Shown here: positions 37,710 to 51,068 of the stretch, in pieces | Numbering within the stretch: position 1 is the stretch's first letter | How the letters are laid out: every line of letters begins with the position of its first letter | Assembly: GCA_032718475.1 (NCBI GenBank) | Contig: JAUCBJ010005089.1 | Coordinates: 1 to 64,000 of the forward strand | From: Nemertoderma westbladi | Taxonomy: Eukaryota > Animalia > Xenacoelomorpha | Length of the DNA: 64,000 nucleotides | Reading direction: 5' to 3' | Made by a program: the position numbers and the translations under genes | The notes under the pieces: model-generated | The model's database searches: none | What the model was told of the DNA's origin: nothing | Seen by the model: only the letters and a program-made list of their open reading frames with translations

Positions 37710-40700
37710 TAGCTACCTGGTTGCTATTAAAGATCTTGCTCGAGATGCTGATCTATGTCGTCATTGTTTCGATCGGCGGTTGACTACTCGAATTATGTCT
37801 GGTATTTCTTGCGAGGACACCAGATCTAAACTTCTTGCATTGACTCCATTTCCTTCGCTTGAAGATGCTGTAAATCTTTGTAGGTCTGAGGAATCAGCCC
37901 AAGCTGGAGTTCAGGATTTAAAAAACCCTTCAATCAACCAAGCTTCTCGACAATCCCGTTTTCACAACAAAAAGCCTTATAATTCCAGGCGCAATAATTC
38001 TTCTAAATCCAAATCCAGAAACAATTCTTCAACTACTGGCCCTATAGTTTGTTATGGTTGTGGTAAAACAGACCATAAACGCGCTGACTGTCCAGCAAGG
38101 AACAAAGATTGTTCTTATTGTGGCAAGGAAGGCCACTTTGCCAATGTTTGTCGGTCTAAACAAAATAATTCGAATTCATCTTCAAAACCTAAGACAAAAC
38201 CCAGTAGCCGCATCACCCTCAATTTGGTTGGAAGCCATAATCAACAAGCTCCGAAAGTATTTCTGAACTTCTGTCATATCGCAACAGGACATTTATTCGG
38301 TTCTCTCAAAGCAACTCCAGATACTGGTGCTGAGGCCACTGTTGCCGGCTTAGATTTTCTTCAGGCCCTTTCTATTGACAAAGAAAATTTGCTTCCACCA
38401 GACCATGATGATCTTTCTGCTGCTAATGGTAGTCTTCTTTCATGCATTGGTCTCCTCCACACCACAATTTCCTATGGTGAATATTCAACTGATGAGCTCA
38501 TCTGCATTTGTGAAGAAGTCGATGGAATTCTTTTGGCATGGTATACTTGTCAAAACCTAGGAATTATTTCAAGTTCATATCCAGAACCAGTGGCAGAAAT
38601 TCAGTCTGTTGCTTCTTCTAATTCTTCTAATATGTCACCAATTGGTATTAAAAACTCAATTCCAACAACATCATTCAAGGTTGACTTCCATCTTTCTGAT
38701 GAACCTTCGCCTTCAGAATGGGATACTGTTAAGCAGAAACTCATAAAGGCTTATTCTGATGTTTTTGACCAAGATGACAAACTTCGTCCAATGAATGGCC
38801 CACCCATGACCATTTCATTAAAAGATGATGCCCAACCATATGCTATTCATACAGCCAGGCAACTTCCTTTAGCCATTAGAGACTGGGCTAAAGCTCGCTT
38901 AGAGAAAATGGTTGAACAAGGTATTATTTGTCCAGTTCTGGATAACGAACCAACTGATTGGGTCCATCCTCTTGTTGTAGTTCCTAAACCAACAGGCGGT
39001 TGGCGCCTTTGTGTTGATTTGACTAAACTAAACAAACATGTTAAACGTCCGTATCATCCATCGGTTACTCCTCGTGAGGCTGTCAATTCGATTTCTCCAT
39101 CAGATTGCTTCTTTTCTTCATTAGATGCCAAGGATGGATATTGGCAGATACCTCTTGATGAATCCAGTCAGAATTTAACAACATTCATTTCCCCTTGGGG
39201 TCGATTCAAGTTTCTTAGAAATCCCATGGGATTAACTTCAGCACAAGATGTGTTTTGTCTTCGTGGTGATATAGCGTTACAGGGATTGGAAGGCATTGCT
39301 AAAGTAGTTGATGACATTCTAATTCATTCTTCCGATAGTCACAGTCATCTCGCACATATTATTGCCGTTCTGGATCGGTGTCGTGAACACCAGATCAGTC
39401 TCAAAGCTGCGAAATTCAAATTAGCTACCCCTGAGGTGTGCTTCGCAGGATATATAATTAGTAGTAATGGTATTCAAGCGAATCCTTCCAAACTTAATGC
39501 TATTGCTGACTTTCCTGTTCCGACCAACATTTCTGAACTTAGATCTTTCTTGGGTCTTGTGAACCAACTAGGTGAGTTCACTTCCTCTATTAGCGAAATG
39601 GCAGGCCCTCTTCGGGACCTTCTTAAAGTTAAAAATGTCTTCTGTTGGTCAGAACCCCAAGAGACTGCATTTCAAGCAGTTAAGAAAGCTCTTGTAAGTC
39701 CTCCAATTCTAGCTCCATATGATCCATTGCTGCCTACAATGTTGCAGACAGATGCTTCACGTTTGAAGGGTCTTGGTTTCTCACTTCTTCAGAAACACGA
39801 CAGCTTTTGGAAACTCATTCAGTGCGGTTCAAGATTCATAACTGACACTGAATCACGTTACGCAATGATAGAGCTTGAACTGTTAGCCGTCGTATGGGCT
39901 ACTAGGAAGTGTAAGGTGTATCTTATGGGTCTCCCATCATTTGAGTTGGTAATTGACCATAAACCTCTTCTTCCTATCCTAAACAATTATACTTTGGATA
40001 TGATAGACAATCCCCGAATCCAACGTCTTAAAGAGAAACTCACCCTTTATTTCTTCAATACAACATGGAGAAAGGGAAGTGAACATTCCATTCCAGACGC
40101 ACTTTCCCGTGCCCCAGTTTCAGATCCTACTCCAGAGGATATTCTTTGTGATACAGATGTCAATGACCATGTTTCTGCAGTCATTCGTCACGTGTCTACC
40201 TCAATTGTTGTCTCTGATGCTCCAAGTCATCTCAAGGATTCATATATTGAGTCTATCCGATCATCTGCAAAGGATGATATTTCTTACATGGCTTTGGTGG
40301 ATGCTGTTATTTCTGGATTTCCCTCAACATCCACACAATGTTCTGTGCACATACGCCCATTCTGGAATGTGCGACATCAGTTATCTTGTGAAGATAATCT
40401 TATTTTATTAGGTTCCCGGATTGTAATTCCATCTTCCCTCCGCAAGAATGTCCTGAAGCACCTTCATGATGCTCATCAGGGCATTGAACGTTCTAAGAGG
40501 AGAGCTAGGCAAACTGTATTCTGGCCTGGTATCAATAGCGATATTACAAACATAGTCAATTCTTGTCCCCAGTGTCAACTTTATCAACCAAGTTTACCTA
40601 AAGAGTCTCTCCAAAGCGACCCTCATCCATGTCTTCCAATGGAGGATTGCTCTGCTGATCTTTTCTACTTCAGCACCTGGTCATACCTGGTTTATGTCGA

Positions 40701-41475
40701 TAGATATTCTGGGTGGCCATGCGTTCATTCTTGGCGTGCCGATCCTTCCAGCTCTCAAGTTATTTCAGCTCTTCGAGGATGGTTCAAAGATTTCGGTATT
40801 CCAAAACGCCTTCGTTCTGATGGTGGTACACAATTTAATTCAGCACGTTATCATGATTTCTTATCCGAATGGAATATCATCCCTGAGTATTCTACTCCTG
40901 AGTATCCTCAGTCTAATGGCCATGCAGAGGGGGCTGTAAAGGCCATGAAATCATTGATAAAAAAGTTAGATGTCAAAGGAGATCTAAACTCTACTTGCTT
41001 TGTTCGTGGTTTGCTGGAATGGAGAAATACTCCTAAAGAACATGGTATGTCTCCAGCTCAACTGTTGTTCGGTAGATCCCTCCGTTCTACTATACCAGCT
41101 CATTCGTCCACACTGGCAGGTGATTCATTCCCTATCCCTGGTCCTTCAACGTCTTCAGCAACTGAATCATATTATAATGATCATGCTCACGACTTAACCC
41201 CGATTCCTATTGGTTCCCGAGTTTGCATCCAGAGTGCACATTCCAAACTATGGAACAAATCTGGTATCGTCCTTTCCCGTGGTACTAGGCGAGATTACCG
41301 GATAGAACTAGACAATGGTCGGGTGTATTGGAGAAATCGTCGTTATCTACGTTCCATCCCAGATGACTCTTCTCTTCGTGACATAACGCCTCAAAAACAG
41401 GTACAGTTCGCTGATGATCTTCCCAGGCGCAGTTCGAGAACTCACAAGCAACCAGCAAGATTCGGAGTTCAATGA
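37669..41475 (+). CDS. pol: Gypsy Gag C-terminus (2 CCHC knuckles) plus Pol (protease, RT, RNase H, integrase)
   Basis: Motifs CYGC..H...C, CSYC..GH...C, DTGA, LDAKDGYWQI, VVDD, TDAS, DHKPL, H..HQG...C..C, SDGG and SNGHAE. Confidence 0.95.
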   Translation: MIVFSLIIGNNVFDSYLVAIKDLARDADLCRHCFDRRLTTRIMSGISCEDTRSKLLALTPFPSLEDAVNLCRSEESAQAGVQDLKNPSINQASRQSRFHNKKPYNSRRNNSSKSKSRNNSSTTGPIVCYGCGKTDHKRADCPARNKDCSYCGKEGHFANVCRSKQNNSNSSSKPKTKPSSRITLNLVGSHNQQAPKVFLNFCHIATGHLFGSLKATPDTGAEATVAGLDFLQALSIDKENLLPPDHDDLSAANGSLLSCIGLLHTTISYGEYSTDELICICEEVDGILLAWYTCQNLGIISSSYPEPVAEIQSVASSNSSNMSPIGIKNSIPTTSFKVDFHLSDEPSPSEWDTVKQKLIKAYSDVFDQDDKLRPMNGPPMTISLKDDAQPYAIHTARQLPLAIRDWAKARLEKMVEQGIICPVLDNEPTDWVHPLVVVPKPTGGWRLCVDLTKLNKHVKRPYHPSVTPREAVNSISPSDCFFSSLDAKDGYWQIPLDESSQNLTTFISPWGRFKFLRNPMGLTSAQDVFCLRGDIALQGLEGIAKVVDDILIHSSDSHSHLAHIIAVLDRCREHQISLKAAKFKLATPEVCFAGYIISSNGIQANPSKLNAIADFPVPTNISELRSFLGLVNQLGEFTSSISEMAGPLRDLLKVKNVFCWSEPQETAFQAVKKALVSPPILAPYDPLLPTMLQTDASRLKGLGFSLLQKHDSFWKLIQCGSRFITDTESRYAMIELELLAVVWATRKCKVYLMGLPSFELVIDHKPLLPILNNYTLDMIDNPRIQRLKEKLTLYFFNTTWRKGSEHSIPDALSRAPVSDPTPEDILCDTDVNDHVSAVIRHVSTSIVVSDAPSHLKDSYIESIRSSAKDDISYMALVDAVISGFPSTSTQCSVHIRPFWNVRHQLSCEDNLILLGSRIVIPSSLRKNVLKHLHDAHQGIERSKRRARQTVFWPGINSDITNIVNSCPQCQLYQPSLPKESLQSDPHPCLPMEDCSADLFYFSTWSYLVYVDRYSGWPCVHSWRADPSSSQVISALRGWFKDFGIPKRLRSDGGTQFNSARYHDFLSEWNIIPEYSTPEYPQSNGHAEGAVKAMKSLIKKLDVKGDLNSTCFVRGLLEWRNTPKEHGMSPAQLLFGRSLRSTIPAHSSTLAGDSFPIPGPSTSSATESYYNDHAHDLTPIPIGSRVCIQSAHSKLWNKSGIVLSRGTRRDYRIELDNGRVYWRNRRYLRSIPDDSSLRDITPQKQVQFADDLPRRSSRTHKQPARFGVQ

Positions 41476-41544
41476 ACTGACCTATTGGTGGTGGTTGGAT
41501 TTTTTTCTCAGTACAAATGTCTCCTACATTGTTCTTGGGGGAGA

Positions 41545-41845
41545 TGTTAGATTATGTATTGTTAGGGCTCTAGTAGACCCTGGCTTGGTGGTGGTTAGAT
41601 CCAACCTACTGGTCTTTTACCTACCGGTCCTCTTCTGGTATTCCGGTATTCAGTCTTTCCTATCTTCTAGGTCTATAGGTACAGTAGCCGTTACCGGTAC
41701 CTACTGTACTGCTGTACTGATGTGCTGTAAGGTGGTGGGTGTGTTCGTTGGTCTGTTGGTTCTTATTATTGTTTGATATGCTGTTCTGTATGTCGACCAT
41801 TAATAAACTGATGCAGCTGGTATTCATTTATTTCCGATCCCAATA
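41545..41845 (+). repeat. 3' LTR
   Basis: Copy of 36327-36627, preceded by the PPT. Confidence 0.95.
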
Positions 41846-43926
41846 CTAAGCATGTCCGTTATAGGTTGGATGTGTGGCGATATAGCTTGCGCTAAACTAG
41901 CACTTAACTCATCCCTCGTAATAAATTCCTGGCTAGGGTTCTGTTGTATAGTCGGCTCTATCTGAGTAATCCGCTGTCTCTCATATGATCCCTCTTCCGG
42001 TTTAACCCGGAAGTTCTCCGTCGAACTGGGTCGGCGCTCCGTCCGCGTATTCCAAACCCGCGGGTTCGGTTCGCCCAATACTCGGCCCGTCGGAGTTTCT
42101 TCTCTAAATTCTTCGTTCTCTCGTTCGGTGTATAGTGGTGCGGTGTTCCGATGACGTGGATCCTGGGCGATGGGTGAAGCACTAATACCAACTGGCGTGC
42201 GATATGTAGAGAATGGTTTAGCGATCCGTGTACTCGTAATAGCTGGACCGGGTATAGGAATTCTGGTCGTCGTCGACTCGCGTATAGTCGGAGTTCTCGC
42301 TTCCTGTTCGGCCTTCTGCAGTGCGAACAGTTCTCGCAACTCGGTACCTACACTCGCCCCACATTCTTCGATCATTCGCATCCCCTTCTCGGCGATTTCA
42401 TTCGCCTTCCTAGTCCGTTCTTCGCTCTCTAAACTTAATCTCGCACTTTCCAACTGCGCCAGTTTACATTCTTCTTCTTCCCTCGCTCGTCTCGCTGCGC
42501 TCTCTTCTTCCACTCGCGCCTTCTCTTCATACAACGCCCGTCGCTCCTTCTCGATCTCGAGTTTGCGTTCTTTGCGCTCGTGTTCGAGTTGAAGTTCGTA
42601 TTCCTTTTGTTCGCGTTCCTTCTGTTCGCGTTTGAGCTGGAGTTCGCGTTCCTTCTGTTCGCGTTTGAGCTGGAGTTCGCGTTCCTTCTGTTCGCGTTCG
42701 AGCTGGAGTTCGCGTTCCTTCTGTTCGCGTTCGAGCTGGAGTTCGCGTTCCTTCTGTTCGCGTTCCGCTTGCTCGCGCTTACCTTTCTCTTCCAACTCTC
42801 GCAACTTTGCGTCTAACTTACGTGTTCGCTCCCGTTCCCGCTCAGCTTCCTTCCGTGCTTCCGATGCACGCAAAACTTCCGCTTGCTGTTCGTCTAGTCG
42901 GCGTCTTCTCTCCTCAGCCGAGTTGTGAGAAACAAGGGATCTAGCACATATAACTTTCCCTCGCGCGTGACTAACCTGGGAATCGCCACTGTCTCTGGAT
43001 GCGTCGTCGGGTGGAGTCAACGTCCTCTGTTGAATGTTCTCCGTCGTCGGTAGCACCTGGCCCGGTACCACCACTCCATTCTGCATCAGCCAGCTAGTAA
43101 CTTCCCTCTGATAACGGCGCTCTTCCTTGTCTTGGATCTCTTCTCGCTCCACTAAGTCTCTCAACTCTGCGTCACTCACCTGAGTCGCCTGCATTTGTGA
43201 TGCCCATAGCAGCCAGTTCTCCGTCCTAACTCGTCGGAATCGCTCCGATAACTCGCGGTGCTCCAACAAGGCTGCTAAAACCCTGTCGTAAATCCTCGTC
43301 GCCACGTCGCTCGACTGAGACTCTACTGCCTTCTTCGCTAGGACTGCAAGCTCCTCCGTCTGCTTGAATAACGCTGAGTTATATCCTCTTCTAATCTCTA
43401 CTAACTCTACCCTTCCGATGTTCGCTGAGTCAGCTAACATCTTCCTTACCTTGTCCGTCGTCCGAGTTATATGTCCGGCATGCGCGCGAAGTTTCTTCTT
43501 TATCGCGATATCAAGTTCTCTCTCGCTTACCTGACTCACACTCGGTGGACTTGAAGGATTATTTCGGGAACTACGGGTACTCCTAACAGCCGTTGGGACC
43601 ACGGCACTTACCATACCCACAGGTCTGGAAACCGGGCTCCGGGCTCTCGCTTCTGCTACACTACCCTCCCTATCACTCACCTCTGTCCGGGTTGCTGTAC
43701 AATCCTTCCTTACAGTAGCGGTAGGGGATCCTAATACTATTACCTGAGGTAGTTCTTCTTCCTCACTAGTCACTGTCTCGTCCTCCTGTTCACTTACGTC
43801 AGCGTCGCTCGCTGCGTCGTCATAGTCGGCATTGTCGTCAACAGTAATATTTACGCTATCGTCAGTCGGCGGTCCAGCCGCCGTCTCATAGCTGTCCTCT
43901 AGTGCCTCCTTGTCTGAGACACTCAT
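41846..43926 (-). mobile_element. gag: BEL/Pao gag N-terminal part (long coiled coil with 33-bp EREQKERELQL repeats at about 42580-42780)
   Basis: About 690 codons stay open up to the Gypsy insertion. Removing the Gypsy plus one TSD continues the frame (ITDMLS|NLRLKEAAQ) into 36321. Confidence 0.75.
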
Positions 43927-45822
43927 AGTCTAAATAATGTTTGCCTTCCGGCAAAATATCTCGCAAAAGTTCGAGATATAATTATAATTTAACCGAAAAT
44001 ATGGTCAAATTAATTGTCTAATAATCAGTTGGTCCAAATGTCAAATAAATTCGCAATGCAATATTGTGAATTTAATGGGGTATAGTTATAGCAAATACTA
44101 GCACAATATTTAAACAAAAATATTATTATATAGCTATTATAGCAATTAAATACCGGTATGACACAAAATAATTTCTGAATCTAATACAAAATATTCAGAA
44201 TAAATTTGCCACCCAAATAATTCCAATTTTGCATATATAGCTCTAATCAACGTAATTTTAATTTCAAATATTATATGTATCCACTAGCGCGTGGCTACAT
44301 CTTCGGGTTGCGACTCTCTCTAACTCTCTCTCTAACTTGAGCGATTCAAAAAACCATGGCCGGCTAAACCTAAATAACCTAACTAATAAATTGAGTTCAG
44401 CTTCGCAGTTAAACAACCGATAATTTTTTACTGCTTCCACAAACACAATGGTGCCAACAGAACGAGGGGGGGGGGGGGGGGGCGTTTGACATGGTTGACT
44501 GGCCGGCCGTATAGCAGTATAATAGCAGTATTCCTCGGAGTTACGCATGTTTCTTTTCATTTTGTCTTTTTTCTTACTCTCAATGTAGTGATGAAATGTA
44601 GATGAAATATACTGTATGGAAGTTTAAAAAAATTAGGCCAACGTCTGAAACTTCCACACAGAAGCACAGAAAAATTCCGAGCTGGCTCTGATGCTCAGAA
44701 ATAGTAAACAAAGACTGTAATGCATTGCACGAGTTTCCATAGGTTTCTGTTAGACAAAAAGGGAAAATTGCTCTGATTGGCTGAATAAGGCCGAACAAAG
44801 AACCTCCACGTCCACAAAGAATCAACTGACAGATTTCGTCATCCTGGCTCTAATTCCTTCCGGTCGCGTATTGGATAAATTTAGGGCTATTTTAGAGTAT
44901 TCTGCGCATTGCGTAAAAATGACTTGTTATGTCCGCAAAAGCTTTTACAACCTGTTTGTTTGTTTTAATTTAGGTCAAGAGGAAATTGATGTAAAGTGTA
45001 TTTTATTTTATTAAACCAATACACTATAGTTAGTACAACATAATATATAACGTTATGTAACAAACAACGTGTTAATTAGAACTGTTGCCTTGTTAGTCAT
45101 CATCATAAGGGAGTACTGTTGTTAAACCACTATGTTGGACAACTTTTTTAATTAATATTCGAAACTGAAGACAATAATTAGAAACTGAAGTGGCTTTGAC
45201 ACAGCTGATTATCAATATCAGCTGTTAAATGAGTATAAAAGAAGGAACAATATTTTAAATAGTTCCCTGTTCTTTTATTATTTTGTTGGCATTTATATAT
45301 TTTTTGATTTGAATTCTGTATTTATTATTTTGCTTTGATTATTACGTTTACGACACTGTTCTCCACTTACCACGATTACTTGTTCAGCCCACCCTTAATT
45401 TGAGCTTATTTTCTTCACACGACCGCGATTACCTTGATATCCACCCATGTTTTGACCTGGCTTTTCACTTGACTACGACTACCTCGATATCCTCCCACGT
45501 TTTGACCCGGCTTTTCAACTGACCACGAATTTGGCTTACCGTATTTCTTAGAATAAGATCTCCTCATCGAATAATTCCCCTTTTTATTAACTTAAATAAA
45601 TTTTTAATTCCATTTTTGATTATTATCAATATTTCTAATTGGAGTAATAATTATGGAAATTAAAAGTAATTTTTATATGCTAATCTGTAAGTGTATTCTA
45701 TTTTGCAGTATTTAAAATCGATGGATTTTTTTTAAATCGAAGTTTTTTTGAATTGAAGTTTACAAATGTTAGAACTGCAGTTATATTCGTTGATATAATA
45801 ATCTTTAAAAAATTTATGTAGC

Positions 45823-48402
45823 GTAGGTGTGTTGGCTTTTGCTAATTAATTTATTGAAATATGTTATGCTCTAACGCAGCTGTTTTTCCTTTTGTGAGGC
45901 TTAATTTTATTTGAAATTATTTTGTTTTATTTTTGATGAGATACCTAAATAATACGCATCATATCTTGATAGTTTTTTATTTTTTATAAATAGAAGTTAC
46001 TTTTTTTGGAAAGACTCTTAATTTGAAAATTTTTAAATTTCCATACGTGTGTTTCTATTTTTCTATTTATTATATCATGTCTATTATTTGTGGAATTTAT
46101 TATATAGTCATGTACTTTTGAAAAATATATTTTATTTTAAATAAATTTTTTTCAGAGATTTGACATCATCGATGATGTTTATTGTTATAAATCATGGCCA
46201 CGAGCAGAGCCGCAATTTATTTCAACCCAATGTGGGCGTGGGAACTAAGATCCGATTGTACGAGCCTGCATTTAGAGGCGATACCTCCCACAAACTACTG
46301 ATATTAGTAGTGGTTATGAAGCCTGTCCGTATTATTATGACCATGCAACCTCTTCCTGAAGTACCTATAACCGCTTTGGTGGAAAAGATGACACCCTTTA
46401 GTGTCCATGTTGAACATCTAGTATTGCGAGGTGTAAGTTTAGTTAATTTTTGTACATTTCAATTTTAACTACATTATAAAAATATAAATCATTTTTATAT
46501 TTATTTAATAACCATACTAATTACTATATAATTATAACTATATAATATTTAATATAAATTTTTATTAAATTTATCAATGGATATTTTATATTTGAAGTTA
46601 AATTGAAGAGATATTAACATAAATATTTTATTTAAATTTTAGCTGTAAACAAAGGTAATTATCAAATCGTATTTATTAGTCAAATGAGAGCGATTTTGTT
46701 ATTGTAGGTAGGACCTTCAAACAATATTATCATATGATAATAATAATTGCTATTTAATAAAAAATTTGAACCATGGAAGTATATTTTTATTGTCATTTTC
46801 GAAATAGCGGTTTAAAAAAAGCAAAACCTGTAAAGCGGAGGCGGATTTGTTTTAGTGTCAGTATATTAAAATTACTGTAGTATAATATTATACATGATAT
46901 AACTATTTTATAATATCATTGTTTAAATTTTAGATTGATATTGTAGCTACTCATAATGGCGCGGTATGTAAAGGCATATATGGCCTTTATCATAAGTGCC
47001 CATATATTTTCACAGAAACTTATCAAATAACAAAGTATGGGTAATAGAATGTGACTTAGTACTTCCAAATCTACCATTGGATGCCGACGGAAAAGATTTG
47101 AGATTAAATGCATTCAAATCCAATGACTTTACCGCCATGTTCATTGGGAATGCTGCAATGAATGTTAGTTAATTTTATTAATAAAAGTTATAAAAATTAA
47201 TAAATTATTTTACAGTTTTTTTTTGATCATCGACATGAAATTTTATTGGAAATTTTGACGCTTGTCGATATTACAATAGTATGTTGGTTTGTCTGTTTTT
47301 TCGTTAGTATATTTTTGTTAAACTATATAAATATTCATCACCCTCTCCCCTACCTCCCACCATTATTATCGAAATACTTTATGTATGACTGTCCAATTGC
47401 GAAAATGTTGAAGTATGTATGATTTTTGTGTAATATTTATGTACTAGTAGCCTCGCCTAACTTTTGAGACATGTGTGAATATACCCCTTTCAAATGTAGA
47501 ATTATGTCACTACAACTCCTTCCCATCTCCTCCCCATTTTTTGAGTTAGGATATTTCCGACTACAATTTCCCTCTTAAGTGTTACTGCTGTGGTAGATCC
47601 GAATACATACCGTATTCGGTATGTATACGCATATTGTTGATATGTTTGACAAAATTAAATAAAATATGTCTAATAGAATCCACATAATCAAGACATGTTT
47701 GTTCATACACACGACAGTGCAATGGTGGTGGTGGTGGCACCTACTACCAGTACAAGTAAACCACACTACATTATGTGCTTGGCTTCCCAGAGAGAGATAG
47801 ACACTGGTTGGATATGTACAATACAAGGCCGCTGTCCGCTGCATCAAGATACAAAGAAGCAAGGTCTATGCAGCTATGCTTGAGGGCCAGATAATGTATG
47901 ATAATGTACACCACAGAACTCATTATTTACATGTTTGTTTGATTTAAACAAGAATGCAAATTTAAAATATTAAAAAGTAGCATTCATATATTTTTTGTTA
48001 ATTGTTTTCCGTAATGAAATACTTAGTTACGTCTGAATTTATTATTAATAGTACAATCCATTCTTGGCATCCAGAAAGTTTTCAACTACAAACAGCTTAT
48101 GAATTCTAAATTAGCTAATCACAGGCCTTGGTTACTAAGTTGGATTCATTGCATTTTTGTTTTTTTTGTGTGCTTTGTAAGTTGACATGTGTTCGCAACA
48201 CAGTATTCTTTGTTTGTTGGGTGAAGAATTTTTTACCTTTCCATGGGACAACCTGTCTTGCCGCAGTATGTGTTTCATGTTCATCAAGATTAGTCGTGGC
48301 TGTATCCAATTGTGCTTGTTGTTCTCTGGCCTGTGGGTATTCCGTTTTCTTTATGATTTCATAGTATTTTTTCCTCTTTTTGTTTACAAAGTCTTTGTAG
48401 TC
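45823..48402 (+). repeat. Copy 1 of a 2.6-kb direct duplication
   Basis: Collinear with 52192-54783. Confidence 0.95.
46156..46432 (+). CDS. Internal coding exon of an unknown protein (exon A)
   Basis: Poly-T CAG acceptor, GTAAGT donor and an open frame. Many differences from copy 2 are synonymous. Confidence 0.6.
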
Positions 48403-49163
48403 CTTAAGTGATGTATATAAATCAATAGTCAATGGACCGCACAAGCTAAAGGCTCAAATACATTTTTGTCTGTCGGATTGTTTATAATGCCTGTCTTCAG
48501 TTTTTCTATTAAGTATGACTTTCTGTTTCCCAAGCTGTTCTGCCTTTGAACTGTGTGTAAGTGTCCCCTTACATGTCTGGCTCGATGTTGTCTAGAAAAC
48601 AAATTTTCATCATTTACATCGACAATGCAGAAAGTCTGGGGGGGGGGGGGGGTGTTTGCCGTGGACTTAAGGGGATGGGCAACTTTCAGGACATGTTTGT
48701 CCTGAAATGTTGATCCTGTTGCAGGACATCACTACCGATCGTCTGGTCATGTTCTGCCACACGTATTTTCGTCGTGGCAGTTCACGTCGCTCTTTTTCAC
48801 ACTAAACCAGATGAGAGTAAGTGTTTTTAAATTTAGGCATATGTATTATAGTTGAAAACAATAATTAAACCTATTCAAAAATGATAAATAAAATTCACTA
48901 ACGCTATCAGACTCGAAGTAACAGGTTATTTTAGATTTAATTTTCAATATATTTTGTTTTAAATTTAAATTTATGTAATAATTATGAAGTTTTGTCCACC
49001 CGGACAATTGCGACCCGAACAATTGCGACCCAATCATAAATAAATAGTTATAAAACATTATAGAATAGATTTCAAATAGATTATATCAATAGCTAGTAAA
49101 AAAATATTGCATGAACAATGTTAACAATATAGGTAGGTTATGCCAAAACAATTAATTTTAATT

Positions 49164-50460
49164 CTACTACTAGGATCGGCATGCTGCATTGCAGCTGCAT
49201 TTTTAAGAATGCTGTGCCGGCTTGTCAACAAAATTGCACCGCCACAACTCCCTATCACCCATGACATTTGCTAGATCATCCGCATCTTTAAGGCCAGTGT
49301 CCTTTAAGATGCGTCTCAAGAAAGTCATGGGCTGTCCACCATGCTTATTCACTCCATGAGGCTGCCAAAGTACAAGATTATGCACTGGCTGGTCCTCACG
49401 GCGAAAGCAATGTCCTGCAAAGCGGAGGCGATTTTGTTCTAGTGTCAAGCTTGGGGGAACCAATGAGACACCTCCAATGTTATATAGTGTCTGGTTGGAG
49501 ATGTGTGCATTGTACTTGACACAATGTACCCGGCGTAGCATTCTTGTGAATGTGCCATCCAGAGATTTGGTGTCCTCAGCAGTTAGAGCCCAGCATGGAC
49601 TCCCGTAGAGGAGTACTGGAACTACTGCTGCTCTAAATAATCGGACCTTAAGTTTCCGATTAATTCTAGGTGACTTCCAAATCCTGGAAAGCCTATTCAA
49701 GGCTGCCCATGCCTTTCCCTTACGTATTCGAAGGTCCTCACCTGACTTCCGGATCCATGATCCCAGGTAACAGAAGTCGTCCACATGCTCAAGCATACCA
49801 TCCTTTGAGCTTATGCTCATCCGATCAGAGTCCTGCTGAGGACTTTCAAAGTTAACTGTCAGAATTTTGGTCTTTCTGGAGTTAATAAAAAGACCAACAC
49901 TAGAAGCAGCATGTTCTAATGAGCTGAGGAGCCGCTGGGCTCCCTCTAATGATTCTGAGAGTACTCCTAAGTCATCAGCAAAGTCTAGATCAGTTAGGTA
50001 CTTGGCAGGATTTCCTCGACTTCTGGAGCCAGTAGGTGGAGTTATCATCACCCCATCATCATTATGATGATCTAAGGACATGCGTAGAACATAGTCAACC
50101 ACAATAATGAACAAGAATGGTGCAAGTGTGTCTCCTTGGAGGACGCCCCATAACACTTCAAATGGTTCTGTGTCACCGTCAACAGTAGACACAAATGTTG
50201 TCGAACCATCGTATACTGATCTGATTGCTGCAATAATTTCATCAGGAATCCCATATAATGAAAGTATGCTGAACATACGTGAGCGAAAGACTGAATCAAA
50301 GGCCTTGAAGAAGTCAACAAAGATAACAGCCAGATGCCTGTCTTTCTTTTTTGATAACTCTTCAATTATCCTTCTAAGTGCCAAAATGGGCTCCATGGTC
50401 CCACGACCTTTACGGAACCCATTCTGATTTCCACGTAGCAGTCTCTCAATGGGATTCCTG
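49164..50460 (-). mobile_element. 5'-truncated RTE-clade LINE (RT ORF 49203-50396, (TAG)3 tail)
   Basis: Motifs QNGFR, DFFKAFDS, GVLQGDTLAP, DFADD, FCYLGS, LLYGS..W and RLRFAGH. Confidence 0.92.
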
Positions 50461-51068
50461 TGGATTCAATGGGAATTTTAATTCAAAACATTCCAGAATA
50501 TCTAATTGCGAATAATGTAGGGCCAACCACTCCCTTTTGTTCAAATGTAGCTACAATGTCCTCGTCATTGATCTCATCAACGTTGAACATATCTACTTCC
50601 ATTTCGGGATTCAAGTCGGGAGGGGAATATGTTGGAGGATTTCCAACGGTGGATGTGCTCTACACCTATCCTTAATATGCAAATAATGATTCCTTATACT
50701 TTTCACGGACAGACTGACAGACAGACACACCAATAGACAGTCTGGATAGTGTCAAAAGTAAAAACTGACAGCGGAAATAAAATCCTTGACAAGGAAAACC
50801 CCCATAGCGAGAACGTTAGTTGATTTAAGTCTTTCTAAAGTCTTGACAGACAAACTGACAGAAAGACTGATAGACTTCAGAAATTCATGAATTAGAGTAG
50901 GGCACTTGGGGGTTTGAATATTTTCCAGTTAGGTACCGAAAGGGTTAAATGATACTATTTAATTCATAATATATACTTCTATGCAACGTATAATGGAATA
51001 TGTGTCGGGCTAATTATTGTAATGCATTATTTATTATTTTATCTGAATATTAAACTATTTACGTTTAG

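Larger units (their letters stand above)
36327..41845 (+). mobile_element. Full-length Ty3/Gypsy (Mag-like) LTR retrotransposon
   Basis: Two 301-bp LTRs with 3 mismatches by eye, 5-bp TSD CTAAG (36322-36326 and 41846-41850), PBS TGGCGCAG at 36628, PPT GGGGGAGA at 41537-41544, and domain order PR-RT-RH-IN. Confidence 0.97.

Noticed and set aside
43930-44600. BEL 5' LTR and PBS
   Set aside because: No second LTR or convincing PBS is visible.
50461-50675. Tc1 transposase from the minus-strand YSPPDLNP motif
   Set aside because: The motif is imperfect and the surrounding DDE residues are absent.
50930-50948. piggyBac right end AGGGTTAA
   Set aside because: No matching left end was found, so the element cannot be delimited.
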